Of a DNA stretch of 64,000 nt, positions 59,501 through 64,000 are shown piece after piece. Origin of the DNA: an uncultured Planctomycetaceae bacterium (lineage in GTDB: Bacteria > Planctomycetota > Planctomycetia > Planctomycetales > Planctomycetaceae); NCBI GenBank assembly GCA_963976765.1, contig CAXBME010000005.1, positions 124,001 through 188,000 on the forward strand, read 5' to 3'. Within the stretch, counting starts at the first letter, position 1; each line of letters starts with the position of its first letter. Under the pieces are notes generated by a model that made no database searches, was not told the origin of the DNA, and saw nothing but the letters and a program-made list of their open reading frames with translations. The translations under genes were made by a program, and so were the position numbers.

Positions 59501-60526
59501 GATGGCGGCTTCGTCACCCGAGACAACCATCTGCCGACCCTCAAACCAGCCGAAGCCGACGTCTCCATCGTCCTGAGCGATTGCCAGTAGATGGTGAGCA
59601 CCGCCAGAGTAAATCTGTCCGTCCGCCAGGAGTGCTCGCGTGCCGCCGACGACTCCGCCAGCCGTGCTGCGCCAGCTGTAAGTTTTTTTGTGAAGCAGCA
59701 CTCCGTTGCTTCGATCAAACGTTGCCGGCATGGAGCGTCCCGACGGGACGAACAGCTGAGCCTTGCTGGCCAGCAGGTAACCTTGCGGCGAAAGATCGTC
59801 TCGCGCGGCGTCGTTCTCGCTGATGTCGTCCCTTGTCCAGACGACTTCGCCGGTCTTCGCATCGACGGCGTGCAGGTACACGTCTTCGTGCGGGAAGATA
59901 CCGGCTCCGAAGTAGGCAACTCCGTCGTCAACCAGGACTCCTGTTCGGATCGGCCAGCGGGAAACCATCTGGCCTCGGCCAAGAAACCACTCGTCCGACG
60001 GACCGGCTCGAAGCTTCCAGATTAACGCTCCATTTTCGGCATCGAGTGAGTAGGCAAAACCATCGTCTGAGCCAAAATAAATCGCGTTTCCCGAAACGGT
60101 TGGCGCCAGTCGAACCGGGGCTCCGGTAAAGAATGTCCACAGAGTTTTTCCGGATGCCAGGTCCATGCAGTGAAGCTGGTCGTCGGCAGTCGATCCGAAA
60201 TAGACTCGCTGACCCACGACGACAGGCTGGAACGCGTCGTCATATCTGACCCGGTCTTGAATGAGATGTCCTTCCATCGTTCGGCCCCCGGCTTCCGACC
60301 ATGCTCGTCGCGGCGGAGCCGGTGGGGAGTACGTCCACTTCAGGCTGAGCGGTCCGCCAATCTTTTCCGAGGTTGATCCCGAACGATCATTGTCCTGTCG
60401 GTAGGTCGGCCAGTCGTTGGCGAATAGTTTCGGCATTGCCAGCAGGACAAACGCAACGGCTGCGGTTCCCATAATCGGCAGGTGTCCCGAGCAAACGTTC
60501 CAGCGAAATTGAGCAAACCGTGGCAT
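56549..60526 (-). CDS. Large secreted PQQ-like propeller protein with internal methyltransferase-like domain and C-terminal malectin-like domain
   Basis: Signal peptide + DWPTYRQDN.RSG; propeller repeats; GFCLV...G.LA.ELAR, IPY..YFANLIV, R.LKP.GG; WSHQYG; RPGHHCG, GCWINAIPANG, AGCVC; LHFA..FDV.ING. Confidence 0.85.
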   Translation of the reverse strand: MPRFAQFRWNVCSGHLPIMGTAAVAFVLLAMPKLFANDWPTYRQDNDRSGSTSEKIGGPLSLKWTYSPPAPPRRAWSEAGGRTMEGHLIQDRVRYDDAFQPVVVGQRVYFGSTADDQLHCMDLASGKTLWTFFTGAPVRLAPTVSGNAIYFGSDDGFAYSLDAENGALIWKLRAGPSDEWFLGRGQMVSRWPIRTGVLVDDGVAYFGAGIFPHEDVYLHAVDAKTGEVVWTRDDISENDAARDDLSPQGYLLASKAQLFVPSGRSMPATFDRSNGVLLHKKTYSWRSTAGGVVGGTRALLADGQIYSGGAHHLLAIAQDDGDVGFGWFEGRQMVVSGDEAAIATGTAIARIDRMKYAVNSRRTHKIEMDLYSLSRSLRSAKGDKADEIREKIKKLQAEQKELAAVGVIWQKPNEHDAALLMTGDSIISGGNGEVFGYDRESGNETLKLSVDGEARGLVFANGNLLVSTTTGQVFCFGPGELKETPLAEAKKYPNPYAENDEAKLISGAAKQIVKKTGITRGFCLVASSEDGHLAYELARRTELSIYCIEPNAEKVRQSRELLNAAGLYGSRVTVHQAEFSAIPYSNYFANLIVSDTYVRTGKLPTNAEGVMRHLKPLGGVVMLGTPKTSHDVTQGDITRLLDGPFEAEEHQLSLEDGWVSLKRGPLPGAGNWSHQYGNVGNTAVIDEKRVKGDLGVLWFGDPGPGDMVNRHEGAVGPLSVNGRLFVQGEATISAFDAYNGLFLWKYENEEAIRTGVFQNQNPGNLATSDDHLFHFLKDECFQLDAATGKVVAVHRLPPDMDNDTREWGYVAYNNGRLIGTATVRADVEAQYRRRGRKTTESTDGIFAIDVKTGRHLWTYTGGSISHRTIALSDDEVFFIDSTITSAERERILREDKSELEGLTGEALKIAEDRMKKLDARTAVAVDAENGKKIWAVGVDVTDCSEIGIGGGQLTMMYQDGVLVLCGANANGHYWNQFIAGEFKRRRLVALSAEAGYTMWKKDANYRHRPIVVGNRVIAEPWSFELTTGEQHTKIHPLTGQEVPWSMIRPGHHCGMLTGCDSMLMFRSGYTGFYNLDNDEGTRHFAGHRLGCWINAIPANGLVMIPEASAGCVCQFSIASTIVLEPRQARRPWTIISATGAQTPVKKMSLNLGAPGDRRANDGTLWLAYPRPNPHKTTSLDLAFDLKPKFTAGGFTSVNAAAQPVTGAATPWLYTSWASGLSEMTLPLLGEKDRPATYDLKLHFAQLREGTARFDVEINGKVVLSDVEVSRERGAEPVAQVKEISGIDVERDLTMKLIAKVSDDAKARVVLNAIEVLQKNEVASSK

Positions 60527-60728
60527 TGCAAACTCCTGGCGAGCGACTGTGCGTCGGAGGGAAATCATCGTATCACTATATGCAGCCTGTTCGGTCGTTG
60601 ATACGGACCGGCATCCGTGAGTTGGGTGGTGCCCACCTCAGGGTGATCGAGTACGCCTTTCGGTGTCATCCCGACTCAGTGGCGGTATGCTGTGGCGGAT
60701 TCGAAATCTGAACCGGGAGAAGTCTGGA

Positions 60729-61943
60729 ATGATTCGTTCGATAATCACGTTCGGCGTTGTTGCATGTCTGGTTACCGCTTCCAGCACGCAGGCCTGTTCG
60801 GTCCCCGTCTTTCGTTATGCGCTTGAGCAGTGGCGACCTGACAACTTCGAAGTCATCGTCTTTCACAAAGGGCCGCTGTCAGATGTCGAAATGGAACTGG
60901 CAGAAAAGGTCGAACCGAAAAATATCGATGCCTCTTACACTGCGAACGCCTGGGTTCGCATGGTCGATCTGGATGCCTCACCTGAGCCGGCGATTCTGGA
61001 ACTGTGGGAGCAGCAGAAGTCGGAAACGCTGCCGTGGATGCTGGTGCGTTCTCCGGCGAAGTTTGGCAAGCCGCTGACCGTTGTTTCTCAGGAATTCAAC
61101 GAGGAGAACGTCACCAGGCTGCTCGACTCGCCGTTGCGAAAGAAAATTACCGAAAGCATTCTGAAGGGGGACTCGGTCGTCTGGGTTCTGCTGAAGTCTG
61201 GCGACAAGGCGAAGGACGCAGCTGCGGAAGAGATCATGCAGGGGGAACTTACGAGGCTGCAGGGAGAACTCAAGCTGCCCGAGATCGACGAGCAGGATAT
61301 CCAGGACGGATTTCTGTCGGTCAACCCGGACGAGTTGAAACTCAGGTTCTCGATGGTCAGCGTCGCGAAGGACGATCCTCAGGAACAGGCGTTTGTGCAG
61401 ATGTTACTCACGGTCGAACCAGACCTGCGTGATCCGGAGTTCGCCAACGATCCAATGGCACTGCCCGTCTTTGGTCGTGGCCGAGTGCTGTACGCTCTGA
61501 TCGGAAAAGGCATCAACGCGGAAACAATTGAAGACGCTGGTCGCTTCCTGACCGGAGCGTGCCAGTGCACCGTCAAAGCTCAAAACCCTGGCGTCGACCT
61601 TCTCACAAACGTCAACTGGGACAGTCTCGTCGTGCCGACTCTGGAGAAAGACACAATCCTTCCCCCGCTGGCTGGTTTGAGCGGGTTTGGAAAAGAGGAC
61701 GGCAAGGAACCGCACGAAGGAGACCACGCCGATATTATCAGGTCGGAAAAGACCGAGCCTGACCACGAAGAGACCAGCGGTGTTGCCGTCGCAGCCGCAG
61801 GATCAGCGGAAAGTTCCGGGACACCAATCGCGGCTACGTCCGCTCCGTCAGCCAGCGTTGGGAAACTCGCGATCTACGTTGTCGGTGGACTGGCACTGCT
61901 GGTCGTCGGCTTGTCTGTCGTTTTTGCGCCGAAGCCTTCGTGA
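60729..61943 (+). CDS. Conserved exported protein with C-terminal TM anchor (ACSVPVFRYALE type)
   Basis: Signal peptide ending AC; SVPVFRYALE.W; PVFGRGRVL; GACQCTVKAQNPGVDLL; C-terminal TM. Confidence 0.8.
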   Translation: MIRSIITFGVVACLVTASSTQACSVPVFRYALEQWRPDNFEVIVFHKGPLSDVEMELAEKVEPKNIDASYTANAWVRMVDLDASPEPAILELWEQQKSETLPWMLVRSPAKFGKPLTVVSQEFNEENVTRLLDSPLRKKITESILKGDSVVWVLLKSGDKAKDAAAEEIMQGELTRLQGELKLPEIDEQDIQDGFLSVNPDELKLRFSMVSVAKDDPQEQAFVQMLLTVEPDLRDPEFANDPMALPVFGRGRVLYALIGKGINAETIEDAGRFLTGACQCTVKAQNPGVDLLTNVNWDSLVVPTLEKDTILPPLAGLSGFGKEDGKEPHEGDHADIIRSEKTEPDHEETSGVAVAAAGSAESSGTPIAATSAPSASVGKLAIYVVGGLALLVVGLSVVFAPKPS

Positions 61944-61955
61944 GAATCTGCGGGT

Positions 61956-62018
61956 GCGGAGTGCGTCCTGACGCACCAGTGACCTGTGGGATTTGTGGTG
62001 CGTCGAGACGCACCCTGC
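61956..62018. repeat. REP-like doublet (second family)
   Basis: GCGGAGTGCGTCCTGACGCACC and the inverted GGTGCGTCGAGACGCACCCTGC (18/22 identical) each contain a GTGCGTC-NN-GACGCAC palindrome. Confidence 0.75.
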
Positions 62019-62042
62019 GACGTTCTACAAGAAGGGCGAACC

Positions 62043-63398
62043 ATGAGTGTCTGGCGACTCGTTCTGCGTGAGATGAAACATCGCAAAGCAAACTTTGTGC
62101 TGTCGCTGTTGTCGGTGACGGTCGCAATTGCGTGTCTGGTTGGCGCTCAGACGCTGCTTCGTTCGGACGAGATTCAGACCGAAACGATTCTTTCCGACAA
62201 GCAGGCTGAAATTGAATCGGCAATCGCTCAACGCGAAGAGGCTGTCGCTGAGGCCGGCAAAGCTCTGGAAGACTCCGTTCGCAAGGACATGCTCAAACTC
62301 GGATTTAACGTGCTAATCGTTCCGGAGAATCAGGACCTGTCCGAGTTGCACCTCGACGGAACGTTGACCGAAACGATGCCGGAAAGTTACGTCGACAAAC
62401 TGGCGAACTCAGAAATTGTCACGATCAACCATCTGCTGCCGAGTGTGACAAAACGCGTCAAGTGGGCAGAGAAAGAGATTGATGTGATCGTTCACGGAAC
62501 TCGCGGCGAAGTTCCCATCATGCACCGAGGGATAAAGAAGCCGCTGCTGGATGCCGTTCCGCCGGGGACGATGGTCGTTGGCTATCAGGTTCATTCGAAG
62601 CTGGGAGTGAAAACCGGCGACAAGGTGACACTGTTCGGTCGTGAGTTCACGGTGAAGACGCTGCATCCGGAACGCGGTTCAACGGACGACGTCACGATCT
62701 GGATTGACCTCGCCGAAGCACAACAATTGCTTGGCATGGAAAATGTCATCAACGCAATTCTCGCGCTGGAGTGCGGCTGCACTGGCGATCGAATCAGCCA
62801 GATTCGCGAAGAGATAGCCGGCATTCTGCCCGGCACAAACGTGATCGAGAAACATTCTCAGGCACTGACCCGAGCCGAGTCGCGGGCCAAGGCAAAGGTC
62901 ATGGCCGAGAACGCTCTGGCGGCTGAACAGAAAGCCGGGCAGGAGACGCTGGCTCGTGAAGCGGCTTCGCGAGCAGAGATCCAGAATCGACGCGCGGGAC
63001 TGGTCGGAATTCTTGTTCCGCTGGTCCTGATCGGCTGCGCGTTGTGGATCGGGTTTCTCGCCTTTGGAAACGTGCGGCAACGATTCAGTGAGATCGGTAT
63101 TCTGCGTGCGATCGGTCTGAGTTCGAATCAGGTACTGGCGATCTTCCTGATCAAAGCTGGGTTGATTGGCTTGATCGGCGGAATTACTGGAGCGGTTGCC
63201 GGAGTACTGATCGGAGTTCAGTTTGGCGGCCTGACCCCGTCGGAAGAAACGTGGCAGCGAATCATTGAAACGGGAGCGGTCCTCACGACCGTCGTGCTGG
63301 CACCATTGCTGGCACCAGTGTTTTCAGCCATTGCCAGCTGGTTGCCGGCACTCGTTGCCGCCCGCCGCGACCCGGCGATCGTTCTTCAGGCTGAGTAA
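62043..63398 (+). CDS. ABC transporter permease, FtsX/MacB/LolE-like
   Basis: N-terminal TM, periplasmic domain, NVRQR.SEIGILRAIG and PA..AAR.DP...L. Confidence 0.9.
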   Translation: MSVWRLVLREMKHRKANFVLSLLSVTVAIACLVGAQTLLRSDEIQTETILSDKQAEIESAIAQREEAVAEAGKALEDSVRKDMLKLGFNVLIVPENQDLSELHLDGTLTETMPESYVDKLANSEIVTINHLLPSVTKRVKWAEKEIDVIVHGTRGEVPIMHRGIKKPLLDAVPPGTMVVGYQVHSKLGVKTGDKVTLFGREFTVKTLHPERGSTDDVTIWIDLAEAQQLLGMENVINAILALECGCTGDRISQIREEIAGILPGTNVIEKHSQALTRAESRAKAKVMAENALAAEQKAGQETLAREAASRAEIQNRRAGLVGILVPLVLIGCALWIGFLAFGNVRQRFSEIGILRAIGLSSNQVLAIFLIKAGLIGLIGGITGAVAGVLIGVQFGGLTPSEETWQRIIETGAVLTTVVLAPLLAPVFSAIASWLPALVAARRDPAIVLQAE

Positions 63399-63434
63399 AG
63401 AAGCCGTTCGAAAGCCAACGGAAAGTAAAGACGG

Positions 63435-64000
63435 ATGCTTGTCGAGATTCAGGACGCCAGGAAAACGTACCAGGGCGCGAGCGGTCAGGTGGTCGCCGTT
63501 GACGGCCTCAGCCTGTCGCTTGATGCCGGTAACTTTGTGGCTGTTCAAGGGCCGAGTGGCTGCGGGAAATCAACTTTACTATTGCTCGCTGGTGGCTTGC
63601 TCGCTCCTGAATCGGGCAGCGTCCAGATCGCGGGCGAAAATCCCTACGCGTTATCAGCGGATGCTCGCTCGAAGTTTCGAGCCGAGAATATCGGCTTCGT
63701 CTTTCAGCAGTTTCATCTGGTTCCGTACCTGTCAGTGCTGGACAACGTGCTGGCTCCCAGCATTGCGACCGGCGCGGCAGGTTCTGATCAACGTGCACGT
63801 GAGCTGATCGACCAGTTTGGTTTGTCGCACCGTCTTGAACACACACCTGGCGAACTCAGCAGCGGAGAACGTCAACGAACGGCTCTTGCCCGAGCGATGC
63901 TCAATCAGCCGAAAGTGCTACTCGCCGATGAGCCGACCGGAAACCTTGATGCGGAGAACACTACCGAAGTTCTGAAGCACCTTCGCGAGTTCGCATCGTC
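63435..64000 (+). CDS. ABC transporter ATP-binding protein (LolD/MacB-like), 3' truncated
   Basis: Translated by hand, as it is absent from the ORF track: MLVEIQDARKTY..., GPSGCGKST, IGFVFQQFHL, LSSGERQR and LLADEPTGNLD. Confidence 0.92.
   Translation, partial: MLVEIQDARKTYQGASGQVVAVDGLSLSLDAGNFVAVQGPSGCGKSTLLLLAGGLLAPESGSVQIAGENPYALSADARSKFRAENIGFVFQQFHLVPYLSVLDNVLAPSIATGAAGSDQRARELIDQFGLSHRLEHTPGELSSGERQRTALARAMLNQPKVLLADEPTGNLDAENTTEVLKHLREFAS

Overview
64 kb of high-GC chromosomal DNA that looks like a Planctomycetota genome, probably Planctomycetaceae. The assignment is an inference from LEPRxLL-type secreted proteins, multiple sulfatases, PQQ-like propellers and VWA/GATase-like membrane proteins. 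About 36 CDS are present. Housekeeping genes include tadA, pdxA, fabI, trmL, tilS, csrA, a ParA-family ATPase and a cyclophilin, plus tRNA-Glu(TTC). Other loci are an EPS export trio (Wza-, Wzc- and O-antigen-ligase-like), two sulfatases, an RTX/pectate-lyase protein, a 3217-aa adhesin-like protein and a divergent PQQ-propeller/CxC-protein/ABC-transporter cluster. No CRISPR array, prophage, rRNA or classical transposase is visible. The most notable signal is a GxxExxY (PD-(D/E)XK-fold) gene wedged between two apparent operon genes and bracketed by 34-bp imperfect inverted repeats. A gene-less copy of the same repeat lies 12 kb away (28/32 nt identical, expanded into a 20-bp tandem array), and an architecturally similar palindrome lies at 25.6 kb. 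Together these suggest a GxxExxY-associated autonomous/non-autonomous repeat system. Two REP-like doublets are also present. All family calls are by motif recognition, and no database searches were run.
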